Source: Eutreptiella sp. 'Long Island Sound 2002' (lineage: Eukaryota; Protista; Euglenida). From it: a stretch of 64,000 bases of DNA. The DNA lies in the NCBI GenBank assembly GCA_964036045.1, contig OZ038378.1, positions 17,484,001-17,548,000 of the forward strand, given 5' to 3'. Both the position numbers and the translations under genes were made by a program. Each line of letters opens with the position of its first letter. The stretch's first letter is position 1. The notes beneath the pieces were generated by a model. It did no database searches. It had not been told where the DNA came from and saw only the letters and a list, made by a program, of their open reading frames with translations. Below are positions 47,850-59,131 of the stretch, one piece after another.

Positions 47850-50800
47850 ACCTTAGGCGTCCTAAGGGGAAGGGGTGTACAAACGCAAGCACGGACCGCT
47901 GTGCCCCCCCCCCCCCCCTCTGAGCACGCCAGCTGGCGATCCAGCGGTGCCAGCCCTCCCCACCTCCTCTCTTGCACGTTAGTCGGCGATCTGGCAGTGC
48001 CCCACCCTCCCCCTTCTCTCGCCCCCCCCCCCCCCTGCCGCACCAGTCCTAAGAAAGTTATGCAGGATCCCACGGGCCCAGGCACCTATCCCAGACCCCC
48101 CTACAGGTTCCTGGAGCACCTCGTGTCCCGCAGGGCGACGCTCCGTACTACCGGGCTGGTCAAGGCACGGAGATCCTCCGACGTATGACTATGGCAGGAT
48201 GCCTGCAGCTTGATCTCCGCCTGAGGCAGGCTGCCCATCGCGCGGGCTCCCGTCGTTCAGTCTCCCCTCTCAGGGCGACACCCCCGCAGCCGCACCTGTA
48301 GCTCTCTCCCCACAGTCTCCAGGCCTCCGGCTGCAGCCGTAGTAGCTAATGTCACCGCGGATGCCTTCCGCGCCCTCTCGCTGGCGGATCGCCTGGCCTC
48401 CCTCACTCCCAGAGACAACTTCCCTTGTACCTTGGTACCTTGGGAGCTGCCTGGAACCTGCTGGCACGGCAACTGCTGTTGTCGCTTCATCATCATCCTT
48501 TTGGCGTCCTCCGTTTGCCTCATGTGGGTTGTTGCCACTGACTCGCTGCCGCACCTGGACATGGAGTCACTGCGGAATCATGCCGGTGAGACCGCCCAGA
48601 TCACCTACAACATGGCGATCGACTCCCTGGTGGTGTACCACGCTCAGGCCACCCCCGCCCAAATAACGGACCTGCACTCTGAGGCATCTTTGTTTGTGGC
48701 CCGCTATGGTGATTGGGCGCTCGGGACCCTGACTCAGGACGAGTTCTTGATGGTCCTTTCTGGCGAACATGAGCTCAAGTCCCCCGTGATGCGCCTTCCA
48801 GTGGTCTTTTGGCTGCTCCATTGGGCGGCCAAGCAAGCGGGTTCTGCACTGGCCTACCGTGATCTCCTCTCCTCAGACCCCCCGACACGTGTCCCCACAA
48901 ACAGTGTCCTCTCCTCGGCCCAGTGGGTCAAGGAACTGCGCTCTCATGGCCGTGATGGCAGTAGCAAACTGGCCCACCCAGGACTGCTGATGCGCCTGTA
49001 TGCCTCCAAGGAATGTTGGTGCAGAGAAGCAGCGGAGGACTCAACTGAGGACCTGTGGCTGCTGCAGCTACGATCCCTGATGTCGGTAGACGCACTCACT
49101 GCCGTCCCAAAAACCAAAACCGAAGAGCACGCGCAGCCGCTGCGCACACTGGCCCGTGCGCACCAGCTTGGATCCAAGGCGTATGGGAACATCAATGGTG
49201 TCCGCACGACGGCTACGCTGGTTGGGGCGGCCAAGTTGCTGTGGCTCACCCGCCACTCATACCGACAGCCGATGCTGCGTGCCGACCTGACCCGCTTTGT
49301 CGAGATTACAGAGGAGAAGTTCGAAAACAACAACCTGCAGGACCTCAAAACCAAGTCACCAGAGTCCATCGTCAAGGTGATGGAGCGGCTTGGCACCCAG
49401 GACATCCCGTACGGCGACGTGGCATGCAAGCTGGCGATGCATGACGCCGTCTCTAACAAGGCGTCTCAGAACCTATTGTTCGTCTCCTCGGAGAGCTCCT
49501 TCCGCCACGCCTTGGTACAGAACTTCCGTGGAATGGAGACCAAGGCTGGCGTCACCCAAGTCACCCAGGCGCTGCTGAAGGAGCTCAAAGGCCGGGCGTC
49601 CGACGACACGTTTGACTGGGTTCTTCGCCGCGGCTCCACCCCGTTTCAGCCGGCGGCACCTCCATAGGCCCCATCCCTGTCCCCAGCGCCACACCGTCTG
49701 GTTACCTTAGGGCTACAGGTCCCCTTTCTCGCTCCAACAGCCAAGCCTGCCGCCGCTCAGCCGCGCACCGCGCCTCTTGGTCGCCGCCTCCTGATGCTTC
49801 GCGACCTGGACTCCGTCGGGGAGGCACATCTCATGGCCGCCAGCGTACAGCTCGCTCACCTGCTGCTCAGGCCCATCACCCTCACCCCGCACATAATACG
49901 GCGCCGAGTCGGCATCGCCTCCGTTGACGAGTCCGTGTGGGCCTCCCTCTTCTCCTCGAGCCCCGAACGCACGTACCTCGACACCAGCTCCGTTCCCCCT
50001 CGCTGGTGAGTCACCATCGCAAACACGCAACGCCATGGCTCCCCCGTCGCCCTGACCAGTGATGCATGCGACACCTCGGTCATGGCTCCATCAGCCCCCC
50101 GCCCCCCGCCCCCGGCCAAAGACAAGGCCCCGAAGGGTGGTAAGCGTGCCCACTCACGGGAGCTCCCCGACGCCCGATGCCCCCTTCCAGCTCAATGGGA
50201 CCCGACTAAAGACATGATGATGGTATCCCGGCCAGGACAGTGGTCCCCGGCCGTACTAGCATCCCGGCCCTAGACCCTGCCCCCGACTGACGCCAACGGG
50301 GCGCATGGTGTGGAGACGGCAACCTTTGATGGCGTGGCCCGCCGTTGACTTCACTTGCCGCGTGTCCTCCCGTGCACCGTGCTGCCTTTCGAACCCTGAT
50401 CCGCATCACCTTCAATGTAGCCGCATCCCTTTGCCTCCGTGAGGCGACCATGCTCCTCCTCCCATCCCTTCACACTTTCCTCTCCTCCCTCCCACAGGAT
50501 GGGTCATGCCCCCCTCAGCCAGCGGGACCTTGGTCTACATGCTCGGTTTGTAGGTCCCTCTTCATACCCCCCACCCACACCGACCCACCCCAGTGCCCGC
50601 ACTGCACTTCGCTTGGTGGGCTTGCCCTCCTCACCCCGCCCCCGGCATACCACTTCAGGCAGAGGCGCAACTCAGAGTGAATGCACAAGCGTGCTTACAC
50701 CTGCTCGTCCGGCACCCCTTGCTGATTTACCCGCCCTCCTGACACGTCCTCACCGCCTTACATCTATGGCTTTCCGGCGTGTCAGTCCTACTGCGCCACC

Positions 50801-53800
50801 TTCGCGCACGGTCTGAACCGCTCGTTTCGCCCCCCCTCTTTGCCCCCTCGGGAGAGCAGTTTTGGTTCTAGGACATGGCCCGGCCGCTCCTAGCAGCCCC
50901 CCAGGCCTCCTAGGCTATGTGCGGCACGGCCCAAAGTGGCACCTTGTCGGCGTGGCCCCGTCCCCATGCATTTTTGTCATCTCCCCCCACTGCCCTGATT
51001 GTGGTCTTCCGAGCGACCAGTAGCGGTCGTACACGCCCTCCCCCAGCAAGCGCTTTTTTGTGGCTGGTTTTGCGTGTGACATAGCCGGCACCCACGTCCC
51101 GCACGCCGTCCCTGTTTCACTGACGGGCGGCGACCGGACGTGCTTCTCTTCCTCGGTACTCCCTGTCCTTGCAGCCCCCCACACGGCGGTCACACGGTGG
51201 CTTGCTGACCCGCCCCCCCCTCTCCTGTGCCCACCCTCGTGTACTGTAACAATTTGGGAGGTTTCGACATCAAGAGTGTCGACTTTGAGCACGGCCTCAG
51301 CACCGCCTCCTGTCCCTGGACATTGGCTACGGCCTCTTCAAGGAGACTTGGGACAACCAAGCAATCCGCCACTGCATCCCCCGTCAATATGGGTTCGTTG
51401 TCAGCCGCACCCATGGCTCAGGCACGGGCTTCGTCATATTGTGGGCTTGGGCGATTGTGAAGGGGCCCTCGGCTCCATTTGTTGTGATGGACTGTGTTGA
51501 TTGGCTGGCCGTGGTCATAGAGACCGACCGGTATGGTGTGTTGCTCCTGGTCTCAGTGCACCTCCGCCCCCACTACAGCTTTGTAGAGAAGAAGGCAGTC
51601 CTGCTGGCCATCAGCCGTCTCATCAAGCTCATCCGCCCGCAAGCCACCATTATGGGTGGAGACTTCAATAGTGCAGCTATCGGTGACACCTTCCCCCTTT
51701 TTTACGCTGTGCGCAGCCCCGACCTCTTTCGGGGCTTCCATCTCATCCACCCCCCTGGCACGCTCACCAACTAGACAATGGTCGACGGTATCCAGCGATG
51801 CACGAGCATTGACCACATTTTGACTTCTGCCCACACCCCCCCTGCCACGCCTCCCTCCTCCCATTCCCCACCACCCACATGGGCTTGATGGTTACCATTG
51901 ATGTCCACGGCGGCGCCTCCCATTCTGCTAACTGGAAGCGCTTTCGGTGGCGCCTTCTGGACGCCCCGACAGCCCGTCTGTTGCCCACCCTGGTTGGCGC
52001 TCTGTGGGCATGGTTGACCTTGTGCCCCTCCCCCCTGACCCGTACACTCGTCCCATGTGGCACTACGCGTCTGTGTTGGTGCTGCGACCCCCCACCTCCG
52101 ATGTCATCATCAGCCGTCTCCAGTCCCTCTCGCCCCCCCTCGACCACGACAGGCTACAGGGAATGTCCCGAATACTCCGCGACACCGCCGAGGCCCGAGG
52201 TCGCGTCAGACCGGCCGTCATGCTCACCAAGGTCTCAGTCACGGGCGCCACCCGCAGTGCGCTCCGCCTCCCCACACAACTCCTCAAACCCCTCTCCCGC
52301 ATCGCTCCCAACCCCATAGCCCCTCCCCACGCCGGAGGACCGTCGGTCAGAAATAGCCACACAGGCGGCCGCGTATGTCCAAAACAGGCACTTGTTCTTG
52401 GACGACAAGTGGCTCCAGGACCACACAAACCCGCAGTGTTGGATCCTGTTCTTTAACTCGACTTTTGACCTCCCCGTCAACATTCTGCTGCAATTCTTTC
52501 GGCAGGGCCTCCTCCCCCATGAACGTGCAGACGGCGCGGCCTTCTGCGTCCGCGTCTCCACGGAGCCGGTCCTTTCTGACCGCCTAAGCCGGTCCTTTCT
52601 GACCACCTCATGGTCCCTTCCATCACCCGTCCAGCTTCCTCGGCGACAACTGTAGACAACACCCCTCGTCGCCTCCTGCAACCGGCTGGGTTTGGGCTGT
52701 GCGCAGGGGTTCTAGAGTCACGCAGACAGGCGTGGGTGGGCGTGCCGTCCTTGTCGGCCATGCAGGTACAATACAGGCTCTACAAGGGCAAAACCCCAGA
52801 TGATAGAAAGAAACCCCCCAACCTCATGGCGTCATATCGCCCAGTAGTGGCTGAGAGCCTTGACACTGGGTCCGAGGCTCACTTAGCAAAGACCAAGCCG
52901 GACCGTACCCTTGAGGCCTCCGCCCTATACCCCCTTGAGTACTTCGCGTACCGCAGTGAGCTGCGAGCAGCGGAACCGGCGCTCGCCAGCAGGGCCGCGT
53001 GCACGTCCTCGCCGGAGGTCTTTAGAACAGTTGCCCGCTGCGGGTGGGATGAGTAAGATGCATACCTCCGCCAGCAACGAGACCTCATTTCCCCCATGAA
53101 CAAACGACTCTTCCCCATGTGGGACTATGGTCCATGGGCCCGTGGGTTTTACTCCCAGCTCCGCAACACAGTAGTTTCGGCGGACGGGCTCACCGAGGGC
53201 TACACCCCCTATGAAGGGTACTCACAGGGCAATCGATTCTCAGCCAATGGGTACCAAGGCACGTCAGTGCTCGCCTCCTCCGCACTCCCGTTTCCACGCC
53301 GCATCTTCGTTCCCCCTTGGCCCTCCCCTACGTCCATCCCCGTTAACCGAGTGCGTTACACCGATGACCGTGCCTTCTTTGAGCCCACGATCCCCTTGGT
53401 CTCAGAGCTGGCTAGCACATGCGTGCAGGCCACACTGCACACAAATGGCGTGCCCAATATGGATAAGCTCGAGTTCTCGTACATCATACCGGATGGCAAC
53501 GGCCGGCCGAAGTTGGTCGCCGTAGATATCCCCCGCTTTACGACTCGCACGTTTGCCCCCCCCCCCCCCCCTCATTGTGGGTGTTCCCATCTTTCATGAC
53601 CTAAAACCCTCGGCCAAACTGGCCGACCTCCTAGCTACGTTCCGCTCAATGTACCATTCATTACATGGGAAAGACGTGGCCCCCCTCCTAACCGTTCGGT
53701 CCTTTGTGGCCTTCGCGTTGTCCCGTTGGGACTACGTGTTTTCTGCGGTCCTCGCACCCGGGAATGGCTGCATGAGCTGCAGGTTTACACTCACAAAGCG

Positions 53801-55600
53801 TACAGAAATGCTTTTGCTCTGCCCCCCTGGACCAGTGTGTCGTTCCTTCACTTGCCCCTCCATGCAGGAGGGGTTGCATGCCCCTCCCTCCCAGTCCGCA
53901 ACCTCTCCCTCATGATTCAGTCTTACGTGGAGGCCTCTCTTAGCCGTAACCCGCTGTCGCGGGCTGCAGTGACGTACCTCGTGAACCCCCCAACCCCCTT
54001 TTCCGAGGATCACGAGTTGCATAATCGACTGGCCTCCCTTCGCGCACGCGTGCACACCCACCCCTTCCCACATATACACGACGCCACGATCCACTGCGAC
54101 ACACGTCAAGCCCATCCCCTCCCCGATGTCCCGTGGGTCGTCACCGACGGCGCGTTAACCGCCAGGGCCCCGGGTGGCGGCATCGTCCTCTGTCACCCGC
54201 GCCTTGGCGTGCTGCGCACATACCACTTTGGTTTCCTTGTGGTTCAAGCCACGTCTACGGACACCGAGTGGATCCCCAAGCTCGTAGCTCGATACATCCT
54301 GCGAGCTTGGACTGGTCATGCTTTTTTCTTGGCGGATGCCACGGCGTCACTGCACTGTGCGTTCACCAGAGCCCCCCCCCCCCCCTGACCCTCACCAACC
54401 ACCTTTTCTTCCAGGAGGTGTCAGCCTCTGTGGGGTTCCACGAGTATTGGCTGCAGGCCCAACACAACACTAGCCACACACATCTGGCCGCCGCCCTCCA
54501 GCGCGAAGCGCACCACCTGGCGTCCGATGGCGCTACCGGCGCTAAGCCCTTCACAGCCCCCCTCCTTCCCCTACTGAGTCGAGCAGTTGTGGCCACTGGC
54601 GAGGGGCGCCTGCTCTTCAACACCAGACTGAGCGTGGCACATTGGCATGATACGTCCCTTGTTCATGCGGCGTCCCTTGAGGCCTCTTGGGACACAACGC
54701 GCTGGTCCGCTGGCGATTTCACCTCCCTACTACTAGACTCAGCGCTCCCCCGTGCCCCGTTAGTCACAGCCCTACGCCTCTGGGCCGTATTGTTCCCCCC
54801 CCCCCCCCCCCACTACACCTGCGATTTTTGCGACGCCCACGTCGACTCCCCGTGGGCCCACGTGCCCCATTCTTGCCCTGTGTTCCTGCTGCGCTCACAT
54901 CGGGCGTTCGTCTGCCTCCTGACGACTTTGCCCAAGCAGGCGGGATCGTACTTGCCCGACAGTACGTCGATAGTTCAACTGGCGGCCAGTGTAGCGGTAG
55001 CCTTGGCTCTGGAGACTGATGCACAGGTTCTCAGCCCCCTCCAGCCCCACCGAGCAACAGTGTACTCGCCCTTGGGGCTGGTACGCGACCATGCACAACA
55101 AGCCTCGCGCGACCATGTGCGCGTGATACTAGAAACGATGGTCGACCCCACCCGTGACCTGTACGCCCTACTGTTGGTCCTTGACACGCTTGCGTTCCCC
55201 ACCCGGCCCCACCCCTCCTTCAATCCTCATGTTTTTGTTTTAACTACACGAGTCGTGCTGCCCCTGTCGGTGGCGTTCTTGGCCCGCTGGGTGACGTGCC
55301 ACCCTTAGGCCTGGTGCATGGTGGCTGGGGGCCTGCTCCCCATGCGCATGCCCCCCCCCCCTCCGCCCGGTGGGGCCCCCCTGGTCACGTTCTTGGTCCG
55401 CCGTGAACTCGGCGTCCCGTCCACAGCTCATCTGCTGCGCGCCCGTTCAGGCCGCGTGATCGTCCTTACCTCCACACCCCAAGTGCACGCGTTGTTGCAG
55501 CTGGTTCCTGGACCCATGAACTCTATGACAATCCGGGACCACGTCTTGTTATGGGACAACTCAGTTGTTCACACACTGCCTGGACAAGACCGCTTCCAAT
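47850..55600 (+). mobile_element. Decayed non-LTR retrotransposon #2 (long ORF1 + APE-RT-RNase H-CCHC), intronic, sense orientation
   Basis: APE: YCNNLGG, LVSVHL, MGGDFN, SIDHIL (51230-51830). RT: YRPVV, GYSQGNRFSA, RYTDD (52760-53520). RNase H: VVTDGA, TDTEW, FLADA (54120-54520). CDFC...HVPHSC (54820-54876). Ends approximate. Confidence 0.85.
48432..49667 (+). pseudogene. ORF1-like helical protein of element #2 (frame continues through stops to ~50330)
   Basis: 411-aa open segment with strong coding character. ORFs 47844, 49794 and 50082 share its frame. No recognisable domain. Confidence 0.55.
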
Positions 55601-56001
55601 GATGCGCCCGCGCCCGACATGCCATGTTCTTGCTAGGGAAGGCAGGGAAGTGTTGTTGAGCTTGTCCGTAGCCTGTCCTACCCACCCAGCCTGCTGCCCC
55701 TCACCTCACCACTTGCACATTTCCCGAGGCCCTGCACTGCACCATGACGCCGTGATGGCACGACCGCACTAGGAGGCGTGTGCCCCGCTCTTCAGCCGGG
55801 TGGCTGCAGGGCGGGTGAGGTGCGCCTGAGCTTGGCTTCCCCATAGAGGCAACCCGTGGGCCCATAAGGCCCTCTTCAGACTGGGAAGGACAGCCCAAAG
55901 CCCAAAGCCCAACACACGCACGTCAACATGACTAAAGCCTACCCCCCGCCCCCCGTGTCCAATGAATGTCGTGTCTAACGAACACTTCCGTTCGGACCGT
56001 A

Positions 56002-56436
56002 CCGGGGGGGGGGGGAATTCCGCGGGGGGAATTTTCCGCGGGGAAAATTCCGTATTTCAACTCGGTGCGGAATTTTCCCCTCATTTCTCGAGGGGAGGTG
56101 CGGAATTTTCCCCATGCGGAATTTTGCCTGTGTAAGCCACCGTAGGACCCGTTTGGATTTTTTTCTTGGCGTGATCATGCTGAATAAGGGGGCTAATGTG
56201 TGCTGGTGTCTCATCAGCAGCAAGGCGCAAGCTTGTGGGTATGCTCTGCAATATTGTTTTGTTGTATTGTGTGTCTTTTGGGGATCGCCATCCCAGGATC
56301 CCCTTTGTTTGCAATGCACTCAAGATTTGGGAGGTGCGGAATTTTCCCCTTGATTTTTTGGGACAGGTGCGGAATATTCCCCGTGCGGAATTTTCCCCTG
56401 CGGAAAAAACCCCGTACAGAATTCCCCCCCCCCCGG
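56002..56436. mobile_element. MITE with TA target duplication (Tc1/mariner-type flank)
   Basis: TIR CC-G(n)-AATTC (56002-56020) and GAATT-C(n)-GG (56419-56436). TA at 56000-56001 and 56437-56438. Multiple internal GTGCGGAATTTTCCCC motifs. Confidence 0.8.
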
Positions 56437-56530
56437 TATTTTTTGAAGTCTTTATTCTTCGCTGGCCACGGGGTTGGGGGGGAGGTACAACTGCTGCAGC
56501 CGAATGAGTTTCTGCTGCTGCTGCTGTCAG

Positions 56531-56755
56531 ATCCGCGGACGTCACGTTCCTTCTGCCCGAAGAGCCCACGCGCTCCGTCGTGAAGCAGCGGATCTGCATG
56601 ATCCAAGTCAATCTGGGCCCTGACGGCACCGACGCAGTCTTCGATATCAACGCTCTGACGATCTCCGGGAAGATGCGGGTCCAGAACCAGGCGCTGGTCC
56701 CATTATCGGACTATGAAGTGTCCATCGGTGGGTGGACCCACTGGACAGAGATGAG
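56531..56755 (+). CDS. Host gene exon (beta-rich, REJ/Ig-like region)
   Basis: TGTCAG|A...AG|GTGAGC, 225 bp, phase 2-2. SADVTFLLPEEPTRSVVKQRICMIQVNLGPDGTDAVFDINALTISGKMRV...WTHWTEMR. Confidence 0.75.
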
Positions 56756-57034
56756 GTGAGCCCTATCCCCCCCCGCCCCCCTGCGCCCCGCGACCAAATA
56801 ACAGTCGCCCGCACGCGTGGTTGTGCTGAGCTGCGTCAAGGAGGGGCGAGTTCGTCAATAGAGCCGCCCAAAACTGGAAAACTGGGGAAAATGCTGGTGG
56901 TTGGGGCGGGGGAGGGGCTTTCGAGCCCATGTATGCGCTTGAAAGAGGGTTCCGAGGTGGCAGGTCGTTCCAGCTTAACTGCTTCCGTTGGCCATCCGCA
57001 GTGTATCAACCGTTTTGTAACTGCCAGATTTTGT

Positions 57035-58220
57035 CCTGACAGACTACTCCTACAGACTGCTCTGACGGATTGCTCTGATAGACGGCTCCGACGCACTGCT
57101 CTGACCTGGTGCTCTGACAGTCTGCTCCAACAGTCTGCGAAACTATGCTGTGACAGACTGCTCCAACGGATTGCTCCGACAGACTGCTCACACTGCTCCA
57201 GTCGGGTGCTCCGACACAGTGTGACCATCTTTGCAATCCCTTTTCGGACCCCCCTTCAGTGTTCCGCCCTGTGAAGCGCACTTATGTTGGAGCCCCCCAA
57301 CGCCGGGACCGGGAAAGAGGGCCCCCATGACAGAGCGTAGAAGTCTCCCCCTGAACTCAAGGCAGATTCATAACTCCCCTCCGCCCCCTTATGTCCACTC
57401 ACTGGAGTCCCAGTAGGGCCGGGGGATGGGGGGGGGCTGGAATGGGACTCGAACGACCCCCCCACACCCTTGCCCGGCCCTGACCCCTATTCCCCACGCC
57501 CTGTGAGCCAGAGTGCCTGGCCGAGGGCTCAGTTGACCGGACCACCAATCAGCCACTGTGAAATCCGGCGGCGACTTTTGACTTTTGACTTTGGGTCAGA
57601 GCGAGTCTCTCATGGCGCCCGCTGCGGTACTGAATCGCACCAGTGCAGGCTCCTCCTCATGTCAGGTACTCCGTCTGGGGCTACTACTCGTCGGACAGCA
57701 AAAAGAAGTTCCGCCTCAGCCAAGACACAAACTCCACGGTGCACATGATCACCGTCCCGGCGCAGGTGTGTTCTGCAGGGGCTCGAGGGTGAGTCATGGA
57801 GCTCTTCGCATCTTCTCGTGAATGGTGGTGCGCAGCGGTGCGACCGGAGTGTGTCGCTATTGCAGCGCGCCGCAGTCTGCCGCGCTGCGCTGCGCTGACA
57901 TGACTGTGTTCCCATCTGCAATGCCCGGGGGCTGGGGCATGCGCATGTCCTGTGAGTCAGGGCAAACCCCCGCCCCTCGGGTTGGGGGGGGGGGGGTGTT
58001 GGGTTGACTGAGGGCCAGTGGAACGGTGTATATGATGCGTTGGCGGTGGTGTGCGGTCGCATCACCGCCAATGTGGGCCAGCGGGTCAAGTGCCTGCGAT
58101 CGTCCCTCCAACTGATCGCTCCGACGCACTGCTCTGACCCAGTGCCCCAACAAACGACTCCGACCGACTGCTCAGAGGGACTGCTCTGACAGACGACTCC
58201 GAAACTATGCTGCGACAGCG
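57035..58220. repeat. Two patches of a degenerate ~12-13-bp minisatellite (GACAGACTGCTCC-like)
   Basis: Patches at 57035-57225 and 58105-58220, in consecutive introns. Confidence 0.7.
57666..57765 (+). CDS. Host gene exon (REJ-like region)
   Basis: CATGTCAG|G...CAG|GTGTGT, phase 2-0. YSVWGYYSSDSKKKFRLSQDTNSTVHMITVPAQ. Confidence 0.75.
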
Positions 58221-58894
58221 GCCTGTTCCCGGCGGCGCGGCGCTCCAACTGCCCCCCATGCGCCCAGTCTGCTGTGGGCCTGGGGCTACCTGAAGTTCCA
58301 TCACCCACAGACTGAGGGTTGACACATCCGTGCGTTGCCCCCCCCCCCCCCCCACCCCCCTGGAGCTGCGTGGAGTGTGATTACCTCTGGCACGTAGTGT
58401 GCGTGCGTGTGTGCGTGCGTTGAGAATTTTGTGTTTCGGCCTTGCCCCCACCTTATGACGTTGTCCGCGTGTGTGTGTGCGTGCGCGTGGATCAAACTGT
58501 CGATGTCTATTCTGAATGGAATGCCATTTGAGGTGTCATTTGACATGTCCCCATGCACCCAATGAATGTGGCAATACGACGCAATGCAGTTGCATCATCC
58601 ATTCCTCCTTCAGATCACACAGCACCTCGCAACTATGATGTGCTGCATTCCAACAAAAAGTGCAAAATACACAGCTCGTGTGCCACGGGTCTTAGTGGGG
58701 TGAGGGCAGGGGAGGCCATGGGGTGCAATTGGCGGTTGTACCGTGACAGGTTGAGTGGAAGGCAGTGGGGGCAGAGCACAGGCAGTGCCCAAGGGCGCGT
58801 TGTGTTGCGTTGTGTTGCTTTGCGTTGTGTTGTGCACTATTGTGCTCTCCAATGCCGCGTGGTTTCGTGCACATCATCGCGGCCGCATGCGCAG

Positions 58895-59131
58895 GGTACT
58901 GGCGAGAATCTTGTGCTTCTGGTGCGTGCCACCGATCTGTTGGACTATCCCCACGTGGACTGCACCTCCTGTGCTGTTGCTCCCACGATGCAAACCGTGT
59001 CTGACGCTGATATGGCCTCACGTATTCACGACATCCTGGGCAGCCCTATCGCCTCGGTGCAGCAGCTGTTGAACTTGCTCACAATCACCGCCAAAGCTTC
59101 CATCCCCAAGTCTACCTCCGACTTGTTTTTG
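58895..59131 (+). CDS. Host gene exon: REJ-like C-terminal strand + helical segment
   Basis: GCGCAG|GGT...TTG|GTATGG, 237 bp, phase 0-0. GTGENLVLLVRATDLL...SVQQLLNLLTITAK. Confidence 0.75.

Noticed and set aside
47790-47900. HDV-like ribozyme at the LINE 5' end (as in L1Tc/ingi)
   Set aside because: Could not build the nested double pseudoknot by eye; P1 and P1.1 pairings fail. An Infernal or RNArobo search would be decisive.
58013-58085. Extra host exon GQWNGVYDALAVVCGR
   Set aside because: Acceptor preceded by polyG, and exons 57666-57765 and 58895-59131 already join in phase to give a better REJ-like motif.
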